From Candidatus Sumerlaeaceae bacterium (lineage in GTDB: Bacteria > Sumerlaeota > Sumerlaeia > Sumerlaeales > Sumerlaeaceae): a stretch of 64,000 bases of DNA. A program made the translations under genes and the position numbers. The stretch is from contig JBPCLP010000016.1 in NCBI GenBank assembly GCA_051003195.1, positions 37,086 through 101,085 on the forward strand, read 5' to 3'. This document shows, one piece after another, positions 1 through 9,275 of this stretch. Each line of letters opens with the position of its first letter. Within the stretch, counting starts at the first letter, position 1. Under the pieces are notes generated by a model, which worked only from the letters and a program-made list of their open reading frames with translations, was not told where the DNA came from and did not search any database.

Positions 1-1
1 C

Positions 2-898
2 GCCGCGGGATTGACGAACAAGCTGCTCGATAAGAATATTGCGCTTAATGGAATCGTGCTTGTCTCGACGATCCTGGATTTCCGGCCGCAGAGCGCGTCG
101 CGCGGCAACGAGGTGCCTTATGCCATCTATCTGCCGACATTTACGGCGGCAGCCTGGGTGCACAAGAAGCTGCCCGCTGACCTGCAGCGGCGCAGCCTGA
201 ACGAAGCACTCCGCGAAGCGGAGCAGTGGGCCATGACAAGCTACACGCTGGCGCTGGTAAAAGGGGCGGGACTTGCTCCTGCGGAACGCGACGCGATCAC
301 CACCGGGCTGGCGCGCTACACCGGGCTGTCGCCGCAGTTCATTACCGATTGTGATCAGCGCATCGACGAATGGCGTTTCCGCAAAGAACTGTTACGGCAG
401 ACCAGGCGCAGCTTATCGGCCTATGATGCGCGGCTGCTGGCCATCGAGCCGCACGCCATCGGCGACGCACCCGATTATGATCCGCTGCTCAACGTCATGG
501 GCGCTCCGTTCACGATGCTGTTCAACGATTACGTTCGCAATGAGCTCGGTTACAAGACTGACGCGGAATACGTGACGATCAGCGGGAAGGCAAATGGCGC
601 ATGGGATTACGGCAATCCGCGCGAAGATGATTTCATGGACATGACCGAGAATCTGCGCCGCGCGATGAGCCGCAACCAGGCAATGCGTGTGCTGGTTGCG
701 CGCGGATTGTACGATTTCGCGACTCCGTATTTCGCTGCCGCCTACACGTTCGGTCACCTCGGGCTGGATCCCGCTGTGCAGGCCAACGTTGAGACGACCG
801 ATTATGAGGGCGGGCACATGATGTATATAGACAAGGCCGGACGGCAGAAACTGACGAACGATGTGAGTGGGTTCATTGGCAAATCGCTGGGGCGCTGA
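2..898 (+). CDS. Peptidase S10 family serine carboxypeptidase-like protein (5'-truncated by window edge)
   Basis: Motifs LNGIVLVS, YDAR, LVARGLYDFATPY and YEGGHMMY (catalytic Asp/His region of S10). The frame is open to the window start. Confidence 0.85.
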   Translation, partial: AAGLTNKLLDKNIALNGIVLVSTILDFRPQSASRGNEVPYAIYLPTFTAAAWVHKKLPADLQRRSLNEALREAEQWAMTSYTLALVKGAGLAPAERDAITTGLARYTGLSPQFITDCDQRIDEWRFRKELLRQTRRSLSAYDARLLAIEPHAIGDAPDYDPLLNVMGAPFTMLFNDYVRNELGYKTDAEYVTISGKANGAWDYGNPREDDFMDMTENLRRAMSRNQAMRVLVARGLYDFATPYFAAAYTFGHLGLDPAVQANVETTDYEGGHMMYIDKAGRQKLTNDVSGFIGKSLGR

Positions 899-1002
899 GT
901 ATGGACCCAGCTAAACTCCGGAAAGTAGCTATTGTATTGGGAACCGCTATTACTTAGAGGTGTCTATCAAAGGGCTCACGTTCCCGCTGGAGGTTTGCTG
1001 AC

Positions 1003-2460
1003 TTGTTGACGTTACGCGCGGCTGTTGCCGCGCTGCTGGCTTGCTTTTGTACCGGGGTGTTCGCAGCCCCCACGGAATATCGCGCGCTCTGGGTGGATGT
1101 ATTTCATAAAGGCCTGCGCACGCGCGCGGAAGCCGACGACATGCTCGCGACCGCGCGTGCCGCAAATTACAATGCGATCGTCATCCAGGTGCGCAAAGCG
1201 TGCGACGCCTATTACGACAGTGGAGTGGAACCGAAAAACCCTGCCGTTGAGCCCGGTTTCAACCCGCTGGAGTACATCATTCAGCGGGCGCACAGCACCG
1301 CGGGCAAGCAACGGCGCATCGAGGTGCACGCATGGCTGGTCGCGTACCGCACACGTCTTCCGAACGATGATCTGTGGAAGAGTCCGAACCACATCTTCCA
1401 ACAGCACCCGGAGTGGCTGGGCATGCGGGCGGACGGATCGCGTGAGGACAAGGGCGAGAACCCAGGTCGTTACTACCTGGATCCCGGAATTCCACAGGTA
1501 ATCGATTATAATCTGAGCGTCGTGCGTGACATTCTTTCGCGCTACGATATCGATGGAATTCACTACGATTATATCCGCTACCCAGAGGGAAAGGGCGATG
1601 GGAATCCCTGGGGGTATAATCCAGTTTCCCTGGCGCGCTTCAATGCGCAGTACGCCCGCACCGGCAAGCCTGCTGCGGATGATCCGCAGTTCTCCGAATT
1701 TCGGAGGCAGCAGATTTACGACCAGGTGCGAAAGGTGTACGCACATGTGCGTGCGTGGCGGCCGCGCGTGAAGGTGAGCGTCGCCGCGATTACCTGGGGT
1801 GATGTGGATAAGGGATTTGAGCGGAGCAGCGCGTACACTAACATCATGCAGGACTGGCCGCAGATGGCGCAGGATGGTTTTTTGGATGTGATCTTTCCCA
1901 TGAACTACAAACGGGAGAAGGTATCGGCGCAGGCCCGGTCGCATCGCACCTGGGCCCGCTTTCTTGGAGAAGTGGCGGAACGTTCGGGCCGCTTTGGTGT
2001 GAACGGCGTGGACGGTGAGGAACTCAATAGCGTCGACGGAATCCTCGCCCAGATTCGGGATACGCGCAGTTTGCCGGGTATCGATGGCATCATCACATAT
2101 TGCTACGCGCAGCCGCGTGCCGGGTCCGGGCGAAGGCCAACACCCGACATCGAATTCTTTAACACCATCCGGCAGCAGGCGTTTCCGGATGTGATCGACG
2201 TCCCGGATGCGATGTGGCTCAGCCGGCCTTCCGAGGGTTTGGTGAAGGGAATCGTCACTCGTGGCGGTATGCCGGCGGATGGCGCAGTCGTGCGCATGGG
2301 CGGACGCAGTGCCCGGACGGACGGTACAGGCTTCTATGCATTTGCGCGAGTGCCCGCGGGGCAGGTACAGGTGCGCGCCGAAGATGCGCAGGGAATTATC
2401 GGTGGTAGATCGGCACAGGTGCAGCCGGGCGCCGTGGCGGAAGCGCCGATCGGGGGCTAA
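1003..2460 (+). CDS. Secreted GHL10/DUF187 (YddW/DigH-like) glycoside hydrolase with C-terminal carboxypeptidase-regulatory-like beta-sandwich
   Basis: Signal peptide; EYRALWV, IEVHAW, YDIDGIHYDYIRYP, QDWPQ..DVIFPMNY; GGAGG at 989-993. Confidence 0.85.
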   Translation: MLTLRAAVAALLACFCTGVFAAPTEYRALWVDVFHKGLRTRAEADDMLATARAANYNAIVIQVRKACDAYYDSGVEPKNPAVEPGFNPLEYIIQRAHSTAGKQRRIEVHAWLVAYRTRLPNDDLWKSPNHIFQQHPEWLGMRADGSREDKGENPGRYYLDPGIPQVIDYNLSVVRDILSRYDIDGIHYDYIRYPEGKGDGNPWGYNPVSLARFNAQYARTGKPAADDPQFSEFRRQQIYDQVRKVYAHVRAWRPRVKVSVAAITWGDVDKGFERSSAYTNIMQDWPQMAQDGFLDVIFPMNYKREKVSAQARSHRTWARFLGEVAERSGRFGVNGVDGEELNSVDGILAQIRDTRSLPGIDGIITYCYAQPRAGSGRRPTPDIEFFNTIRQQAFPDVIDVPDAMWLSRPSEGLVKGIVTRGGMPADGAVVRMGGRSARTDGTGFYAFARVPAGQVQVRAEDAQGIIGGRSAQVQPGAVAEAPIGG

Positions 2461-2524
2461 GAAGGAGCCACTGAAATTGGTACAGGCTTACGGTGTTTCC
2501 GGCGGTGTGCACTCTGACATTATC

Positions 2525-2623
2525 CCAGTGTGCCGAATCAATAGTTCGTTACCAGACCGAAGTCAAACTTACCCTCGATTCGGCACACAGAACTGATTAC
2601 GAACTAGCGGTCGACCACACCAG
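2525..2623 (+). mobile_element. ~96-bp palindromic MITE-like repeat, copy 1
   Basis: CCAG-TGTGCCGAATC-37nt-GATTCGGCACAC-31nt-CCAG. Flanked by a CATTATC direct repeat (2518-2524 / 2624-2630). Contains the acpS stop codon. Confidence 0.9.
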
Positions 2624-2999
2624 CATTATCCAGTACCACAACTGCTGCGGCGTGGCTGTTTGTATGGGTGAGGCTCACGTGCATGTGCGTGATTGCCCGT
2701 TCGTTGGCCAGTTCCAGGGCGCGACCAATTACTCGCAGCTCGGGTTTGCCACTGGGCAGGTTTTCAATTCCGACATCTTTCCAGCTGATAGCATTGCTTA
2801 GCCCTGTCCCCAGCGCTTTCAGAAATGCTTCCTTTGCCGCGAAACGTGCCGCGAAGTGCAACGGCGGGTGCGGCAGCCCGTTGCAGTACGCACGCTCGAC
2901 CTCTGTGAAGATGCGCTTTTGAAAACGCTCACCGAAACGCTGCAGGCTTTCCTCGATTCGCGCGACCTCGACCATATCGAGGCCAATGCCGTAGATCAT
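2604..2999 (-). CDS. acpS: Holo-[acyl-carrier-protein] synthase
   Basis: MIYGIGLDMVEVARI...FAARFAAKEAFLKALGTG...HVSLTH. The ATG at 2999 overlaps the upstream stop (TGATG). Confidence 0.95.
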   Translation of the reverse strand: MIYGIGLDMVEVARIEESLQRFGERFQKRIFTEVERAYCNGLPHPPLHFAARFAAKEAFLKALGTGLSNAISWKDVGIENLPSGKPELRVIGRALELANERAITHMHVSLTHTNSHAAAVVVLDNAGVVDR

Positions 3000-4048
3000 C
3001 AGGCCGAAGCGCCAGTCCATAAGGGTGGATCCAGGTGCGGAAGCGCGCCATTGTACTTACGAATGCCATCGAGTATTTTATACCCGTGGTCGCGACTGTT
3101 TTCGATGAAGATCTCATTACTGATGTCACCCGCGGCAATGACACCGGCAACGAACAGGCCGGGAACATTGGTCTCGAATGTGTCGGGATCGATCCGTGGC
3201 CGGCGCGTTACAGGATCCACCACCACGCCGGCGCTGCTCAGCAGGCCCGTCTCTGGACGGTAGCCGGTCATCGCGAGCACAAAATCGTTCTCGAGCCGTT
3301 GCGTCGTGCCACGCGAGTTTTGCACGACGATTTCGTGCGGCAGAATTTCGCATATCGTCGTCCCCAATAGCGCGCGAATTTCGCCATTCCTGATGCGATT
3401 TTCGAGGTCGGGCTGGAGCCACCATTTCAGCGGCTCCAGCTTTTCGCCGCGGTAAATCAGCGTGACTTCAGCGCCGGCCCGCCATAGCAGAAGTGCGGCC
3501 TCTGCCGCACCGTTGCGTCCACCCACGACCGCCACCTTCTGCCCCACGTACGGATGCACTTCCCTGTAGTAGTGAGAGACCTTGTGCAGCTCCTCGCCGG
3601 GAACGTTCATGAGCTTCGGAAGTTCGTACGCGCCGGTCGCTACGACGACAAATTGCGCACGGACTATAAACGATCGCCCCCATTCATCAGTTCCATGCAC
3701 AACGAAGCCGCTGTCCGTTTCACGTTCGAGGGTGTCGACTCGATGGCCTGTCAGCACCTGGATTTGTTTGTCACGCATGTAGCGGCGAAGGTAATTCAGG
3801 TACTCCTCGCGCGTGGGCTTGTCTTCCGTCAGCACGAGCGGATAACCCGGCAGTTCCACATTCGCCGCGGTCGAGAAGAACTTCATGTAATACGGCCACT
3901 GCGTAATCGCCTGCGCCAGCGCACCTTTTTCATAGCACGCAACCCGCAGCCCGGCCTGCTGCAGTACCGCGGCCGCGGCCAGCGCGGCCGGACCTGAGCC
4001 GACTATGAGGACGTCGATAGGCTGGCGGGGGCGGCTATTGTCCTGCAT
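2999..4048 (-). CDS. ypdA: YpdA-family FAD/NAD(P)H-dependent (putative bacillithiol disulfide) reductase
   Basis: GSGPAAL, FFST, KPTREEYLNY, VVGGRNGAAEAAL, LAMTGY and the FIENSRDHG C-terminal signature. Confidence 0.8.
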   Translation of the reverse strand: MQDNSRPRQPIDVLIVGSGPAALAAAAVLQQAGLRVACYEKGALAQAITQWPYYMKFFSTAANVELPGYPLVLTEDKPTREEYLNYLRRYMRDKQIQVLTGHRVDTLERETDSGFVVHGTDEWGRSFIVRAQFVVVATGAYELPKLMNVPGEELHKVSHYYREVHPYVGQKVAVVGGRNGAAEAALLLWRAGAEVTLIYRGEKLEPLKWWLQPDLENRIRNGEIRALLGTTICEILPHEIVVQNSRGTTQRLENDFVLAMTGYRPETGLLSSAGVVVDPVTRRPRIDPDTFETNVPGLFVAGVIAAGDISNEIFIENSRDHGYKILDGIRKYNGALPHLDPPLWTGASA

Positions 4049-4072
4049 GGAGTTCGACTTTCACTAAAATGG

Positions 4073-4098
4073 AAAAGCGGTCCGCCGGTGCGGACCGC
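4073..4098 (-). terminator. Rho-independent terminator after ndk
   Basis: Perfect 9-bp stem GCGGTCCGC/GCGGACCGC with a 4-nt loop, followed on the minus strand by TTTT. Confidence 0.65.
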
Positions 4099-4168
4099 AC
4101 TCCAGGTTCGATGTTCGACCACTTACGCATTCTTTTCTGCTATCGCGGCTACGGACTTGTATGCGTAA

Positions 4169-4585
4169 TTACGCGAGTTCGCTGTCTTTGAAGAAGTTGG
4201 CGATTTCGATTTTGGCGCGTTCCGGGGAGTCGCTGCCGTGCACCAGGTTCTCGGTGGTACTGAATGCGAAGTCGCCGCGGATGGTTCCAGACGCCGCTTC
4301 GGTGTGTTTGGTTTTTCCCATCATGGCGCGGGTGAGGGCGACGACATCATCACCTTCGAGCACCATTGCGACGACAGGGCCGCTGAGCACAAAATCTTCA
4401 AGCTCCGGATAGAATGCCTTCTCCACGTGCTCTTCGTAATGCTTGCGCGCGAGGTCTTTTGTAAACGTCAGCATTTTTATTCCGACGAGACGCAGGCCCT
4501 TCTTCTCGAAGCGCGAGACAATCTCTCCAACAAGCCCGCGCCGTACGCCGTCGGGTTTTACAAATATCAATGTCCTCTCAGCCAT
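4169..4585 (-). CDS. ndk: Nucleoside diphosphate kinase
   Basis: [20 protein letters not shown]...GTIRGDF...NLVHGSDS. Start placed at ATG 4585 (138 aa). Confidence 0.97.
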   Translation of the reverse strand: MAERTLIFVKPDGVRRGLVGEIVSRFEKKGLRLVGIKMLTFTKDLARKHYEEHVEKAFYPELEDFVLSGPVVAMVLEGDDVVALTRAMMGKTKHTEAASGTIRGDFAFSTTENLVHGSDSPERAKIEIANFFKDSELA

Positions 4586-4623
4586 TGGCTTATGCTTCTC
4601 CTCATGTAGTGTATTACTGCTTG

Positions 4624-5766
4624 TTACTGCTCCCTCAGTTCGAACAGCGAAGTCGAAACTTCGGCTCCTCCGCGGGGCCGCGTTCCACGCAGTCCCCGCC
4701 GGCGTGAACCGCTGGGCAGCAGGCCTTCCGGTCGAAAACGGATCATCAGCACCAGGATGATGCCGTAGGAAATCATGCGCATATCGGGCACCCAGGGCAG
4801 GCCGCGCAGCCACGTTGCGCCTTCCGGCCACCACTTCATTACGTCCGCCAGGTACATCGCCGGGCTCTGTCGCAGCAGCTCACCCAACGCGACCAGAACA
4901 ACCGCTCCAACCACCGGGCCAATGACCGTTCCCATGCCTCCGAGCACCAGGTAGGCGAGGACCGACACGCTTACCATGAAATCGAAGTTACGATAATCGG
5001 CCATGGTGAAGTATGAGACCACAAATGCGCCCGCAAGGGCGCCGATGGCTGCGCTAATCGCAAACGCGATCGTCTTATACCACATCGCATTGATCCCGCA
5101 GGCTTCGGCGGCGACTTCGTCTTCGCGCAAAGCGGTCCACGCGCGGCCAAGCCGCGAACGTAGCAGCCGATGCGCCACGAACATCGTCACCCCCAGCAGC
5201 GCTGCCACGAGATACCAGTACGCGTTGCGGTGCGTCCCGAGAATGGAAAATTCGTAATGACCAACACCCGGAATCCACAGGCTGGGCCTAGGCACACGCG
5301 GGAAACCGCGAGGCCCGCCCGTTATGCTGACCGAGTTGCGTGCGACCATGTTGACCAACTCGCCAAATCCGAACGTTACGATCGCAAAATAATCGCCCGT
5401 CAGACGCAGCGTCGGCAGCCCAAGCACCACCCCCCAGAATGCCCCATGCACAACACTGGCCAGCATTGCGAGCCAGAACGAAAAATGAAAATCGCGCATC
5501 AGAATGCCCGCGGTGTACGCGCCAATCAGCATGAAGCCGGCGAACCCCAGGTTCAATAAGCCGCAGTAACCAACGATAATGTTTAATCCCAGTGCACCAA
5601 TGGCCGAGTAGCCGCCGAGGATAAGAATGTTAATACCGTTGGTGTAGCCGGTGGGGGAGAGAAGACTGTGCAGCATCCAGGGTGCGACAAAAACAAAGGC
5701 GACAAAACCAACGATCGGAAGTGCGCGCCGCAGCACCAGCAGCTTTCGAGAAGCCTGGTCCATCAT
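4624..5766 (-). CDS. livM: Branched-chain amino acid ABC transporter permease
   Basis: [61 protein letters not shown]. Confidence 0.9.
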   Translation of the reverse strand: MMDQASRKLLVLRRALPIVGFVAFVFVAPWMLHSLLSPTGYTNGINILILGGYSAIGALGLNIIVGYCGLLNLGFAGFMLIGAYTAGILMRDFHFSFWLAMLASVVHGAFWGVVLGLPTLRLTGDYFAIVTFGFGELVNMVARNSVSITGGPRGFPRVPRPSLWIPGVGHYEFSILGTHRNAYWYLVAALLGVTMFVAHRLLRSRLGRAWTALREDEVAAEACGINAMWYKTIAFAISAAIGALAGAFVVSYFTMADYRNFDFMVSVSVLAYLVLGGMGTVIGPVVGAVVLVALGELLRQSPAMYLADVMKWWPEGATWLRGLPWVPDMRMISYGIILVLMIRFRPEGLLPSGSRRRGLRGTRPRGGAEVSTSLFELREQ

Positions 5767-7109
5767 GCGCGCTTTGCCGAAGCCTTGCCCAAGAGCCCGG
5801 TTGGTTTGAAGACGATTACGAGGATCATAAACGCATAGGCGACGCCAAGCTGGTACTGCCCTGGGCGTCCAAGGTTAGTGCCCATACGGTTCCAGCCTTC
5901 TTCTGTAAGCCATCCCCACCTCTCGAGGGTGCCGAAAATGCGGAATGTATCGAAGGAATCGAAGAGCGGCACAAAGCTGTAAATCGTTCCGATGATCAGT
6001 CCTCCGAGCATCGCACCACTGATGTTGCCGATGCCACCGAGTACGGCTGAAGCAAACGCGAGAATGCCTACGATATATCCCATTGTGGGAATGATGAACG
6101 TGCCGCGCAACACGTAGAGCGGCGCCACAATGGCAGCCAGCCCCGCACCCAGGGCAAACGCCAGTGCCACCACCCGGTTCACCTGGATGCCCATCAGGCT
6201 CGCAGTGATGCGATCCTGTGCACATGCCCGCATGGCTTTCCCTGTGCGCGTGTGATGGATGAAGAGCTGAAGCGCGACCAGCAACACGATGGCTGTCATA
6301 ATGATTGTCAGATCCAGGAGCGGCATCTGAATGATCGTCGGCTCGCCATTTCGACCCTGCGCGCTGAAAAGCTTAATCATTGCAGGCTGTTGGATGGGAA
6401 TCGAAGTATGGGATGCGTGCTCGTAATGCCAGAAGAGGTGTGGGCGTGCGTTGGCGGGAAAGTCCCGGCTGGCCGACCCCCAGATTGACTGCGCATAGCT
6501 TTGCAGGAATAGCGAGATTCCGATCGCCGTGATCAGCGGGATCAGGCGCGGGGAATTGCGCAGCGGGCGGTATGCCAGAAGGTCCATGGTTACGCCAAGG
6601 CAGCAGGAGTACACCACGGCAATGGCAATGGCGGCGAAGAACGGCATTGGGTTGCGACCGCCTGTTTTGGGGAGAAGATAAAAATTGGCGACCGCAAACG
6701 CTACGCCCGCGCCGATCGCCACCAGCAACCGCAGCCAGCGTGACTGCAAAAGCCCGGAAACCGCTACCCAGATTGCGCAGGCAACCAACAGCCCAACTGT
6801 GGCGGAGACCACCTTCATGGAAAAAATATCGTGCGAACCCGTCGGCACCAGGAACATCAGGGTGAAGTACGTAGAGAACATGAAGACTTCGCCATGCGCG
6901 AAGTTGATGAGCTGGATAATTCCATAGACCATGGAATAACCCACCGCTAGAAGCGCAATGATGGCGCCCTGCGGCAGTCCTAGCGCAAGGTACCTCAGGT
7001 ACGTCGCCAGGTCCTTGTTGAGGATAACAAAGAGCGAAAACGCCAGAAACCCGGCCCCCCAAAGCAGGGCAGTGCGAACCAACGATGCGCGTAGTGAAAC
7101 TGCGGCCAA
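5763..7109 (-). CDS. livH: Branched-chain amino acid ABC transporter permease, unusually long
   Basis: ALLAVGYSMVYGIIQLINFAHGE, AYRPLR, TRTGKAMRA, AVLGGIGNISGA, KPTGLLG. Confidence 0.9.
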   Translation of the reverse strand: MAAVSLRASLVRTALLWGAGFLAFSLFVILNKDLATYLRYLALGLPQGAIIALLAVGYSMVYGIIQLINFAHGEVFMFSTYFTLMFLVPTGSHDIFSMKVVSATVGLLVACAIWVAVSGLLQSRWLRLLVAIGAGVAFAVANFYLLPKTGGRNPMPFFAAIAIAVVYSCCLGVTMDLLAYRPLRNSPRLIPLITAIGISLFLQSYAQSIWGSASRDFPANARPHLFWHYEHASHTSIPIQQPAMIKLFSAQGRNGEPTIIQMPLLDLTIIMTAIVLLVALQLFIHHTRTGKAMRACAQDRITASLMGIQVNRVVALAFALGAGLAAIVAPLYVLRGTFIIPTMGYIVGILAFASAVLGGIGNISGAMLGGLIIGTIYSFVPLFDSFDTFRIFGTLERWGWLTEEGWNRMGTNLGRPGQYQLGVAYAFMILVIVFKPTGLLGKASAKRA

Positions 7110-7203
7110 ACTTAAACCTCGGAAAAAATCAGCTAGGAGCGAGCGCGACGTGCGCGAACCGAGAGCGCAATGTCAAACTCTCCTGCGAGAGGCCCACAAC
7201 CCA

Positions 7204-9189
7204 CTATTTCGTGTTGGAAGTTGGATGATCCCGCCGTTGGACTAAGCTGTCACTGGAAGCAAAATTCAGGCGAATCGTGGAGCTCGTCCCACCTTTGGTG
7301 CTCACCGTGGCGCTGCTCAACATATCCCCAGTGTGCCGAATCGGTAGGCTCGTGTCCAGTGTACTACTCGTCAACGTTGCATTCAGGAACACAGCCGTGC
7401 CGGTGGTTCCGGTGATCGATACAGGCGCGGGTTCCTCAGTCGAAGTGGTTTCGTCATCCTGTGAAGGCACCGCTTCACTGCCAGCCCCCTGGGTCGCAAA
7501 TAGATCCGAGACATTCTCGATTTCCAGGCGCTCGTTCATCGCGAGCCCATCATCTGTATCATGCGGCGCGATCGGCGCATCGTTTCCGTAGCCAATGAAA
7601 ATCAGCCGTTCCGGATCGAGCCCGAACTTCTGCACCAGGTATCCTTTCACGCTCCATGCGCGGCGGCGAGTCAACGTGCGGGCTTCCTCATCGTCCAGGC
7701 TGTCATTCAAATGCGCTTCAATACTCACCAGCGTATTTTCGAGAGGCTCATCCAGCAGGGCCTCACCAAGCGCATTCAGCATTTCGAAGCTCTGCGGCAG
7801 AATCGCGTAGTCGTCGTCTTCGAACTGCACCTGCTGTGTCGCGTACACCGGACCCGCATAGCGATTGTCCGGATCCCGCTCGCGAGTCAGGGCCCGAATG
7901 ATATCGTCTACCGTAGTATTCCTTTCCAGCGTGGGCGGCTCCTCCGGAAGTGGTCGTTCAACGGCCTGCCACTCCTCGTCCATTTCCTCATCTTCCTCGG
8001 TGATCTCCTCCGCCACGAGATCGGACGGCGTGTACGGCTCTTCGGGTTCGATCTCCTCTACCAGGTCAGGCCGTGCGATGCCGGGAGTCACTACCACAAT
8101 CGCCGGATCACATACCTGATACGACCCGTACTCCTGGCGTGGAAGGTAGTACCAGCCTGGCGGAGTGACGAAACTCGGCGGCGGGACCCAGCGGGGCGGT
8201 ATAACCCACCCGCGCCTGGGTACATAGCACCACCCCCACTTGGAGAGCCGTAGTACCCAGTTCCTGGGCGGTTTCCATCCTGGGGGAGTTACCCACCCGC
8301 CTGCAGGGGCCCAATTGGATGGAGGCTTCCAGCCCGCGGGAGGAACCCAGCCGGACGGCGGCCTCCACTGGTCCGGCGGGTGAAAGTTGGCCGGGGTCGG
8401 TGTCGCAGCGGACGGCGTAGGCACAGGAGTAGGACCCGGCGTCGGCTGCAGCTTGCGCTTCTTCAGCTTTTGCTGCTTCTCAACCGACGGAGTTGGGCTG
8501 GGTCGTGGTCCGATGCCCCGTACCGGGGTTGCTCCTGCCGAGGGAGGCGGCATGCCTGCCGGCACGAAAACGGTAGGGCGGGCGAGGGCAGGCGTGCGCT
8601 GTGCCCTCCGCTGGTCTCGACGGGACTTGCGAGTAGGATGAGGATCTTCCGTTTCTTGTTCTGCGGTGCCTTCTATCATCACGGCAGCACCCGGGTTAAT
8701 TGTCCCATGATCGGGTTGAGGAGTCTCGCCTGGAGTCGCATCGTCTGAGGGTGTAAAATCCGTGGCCGGCTCCGTGATCTCGGGAACGACATCGGGGCCC
8801 GTTGGTGTCGTCACGAGAGGTCCCGCTGCCTGGTCAGGTCGGTTCTGCTTCTTCTCTTTTTCTTTTTGTTTGCCGAATTTGTCACGGTCGCCTTTGCGGC
8901 TCTCGCCCGATGTGGATGATTGCCCCGGTGCGGTTGGCTCTTGCTTATCCGCCTTGCTTCGCTTGGCAGACTCCTTCGCGGGAACCGTAATTGGCGTGAG
9001 ATTCGGCAATACAACCAGCGGCGTCGCCACAGGCGCGGGCTTGCGCTCTTGCAATTGAGCCGCGCTTTCGCGGTCGCTCCGGCGCGACTCATCCCCGCCT
9101 GCTTTCCCTTCGTCTTTACGCCCATGCGAAGGTAAGACTAGGAGCAGCAAGGCGGCAGATAGAAACCTGGTTCTCATCAATCCATCCAA
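7204..9189 (-). CDS. Secreted/envelope protein with low-complexity region, W-x-P-P hexapeptide repeats and OmpA-like C-terminal domain
   Basis: N-terminal hydrophobic signal; VQFE..SFEMLNALGEAL..IEAH..RRAWSVKGYL..GYG..P...NERLEI resembles OmpA_C. Confidence 0.75.
   Translation of the reverse strand: MDGLMRTRFLSAALLLLVLPSHGRKDEGKAGGDESRRSDRESAAQLQERKPAPVATPLVVLPNLTPITVPAKESAKRSKADKQEPTAPGQSSTSGESRKGDRDKFGKQKEKEKKQNRPDQAAGPLVTTPTGPDVVPEITEPATDFTPSDDATPGETPQPDHGTINPGAAVMIEGTAEQETEDPHPTRKSRRDQRRAQRTPALARPTVFVPAGMPPPSAGATPVRGIGPRPSPTPSVEKQQKLKKRKLQPTPGPTPVPTPSAATPTPANFHPPDQWRPPSGWVPPAGWKPPSNWAPAGGWVTPPGWKPPRNWVLRLSKWGWCYVPRRGWVIPPRWVPPPSFVTPPGWYYLPRQEYGSYQVCDPAIVVVTPGIARPDLVEEIEPEEPYTPSDLVAEEITEEDEEMDEEWQAVERPLPEEPPTLERNTTVDDIIRALTRERDPDNRYAGPVYATQQVQFEDDDYAILPQSFEMLNALGEALLDEPLENTLVSIEAHLNDSLDDEEARTLTRRRAWSVKGYLVQKFGLDPERLIFIGYGNDAPIAPHDTDDGLAMNERLEIENVSDLFATQGAGSEAVPSQDDETTSTEEPAPVSITGTTGTAVFLNATLTSSTLDTSLPIRHTGDMLSSATVSTKGGTSSTIRLNFASSDSLVQRRDHPTSNTK
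7328..7359 (+). repeat. Left-half remnant of the MITE-like repeat, inside the 3' tail of the OmpA-like gene
   Basis: Exact CCAGTGTGCCGAATC left end, then GGTAGGCTCGTGTCCAG resembling AGAAGCTCCTATCCAG of the 58570 copy. Confidence 0.65.
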
Positions 9190-9275
9190 AACTTTAAAGG
9201 CTGGCGCTTATTGCTGCAATCACAATGCCGAACTGCGCAAGAGGAAGCAAAGCGCAACCAAGTCAGCGACGAAAT

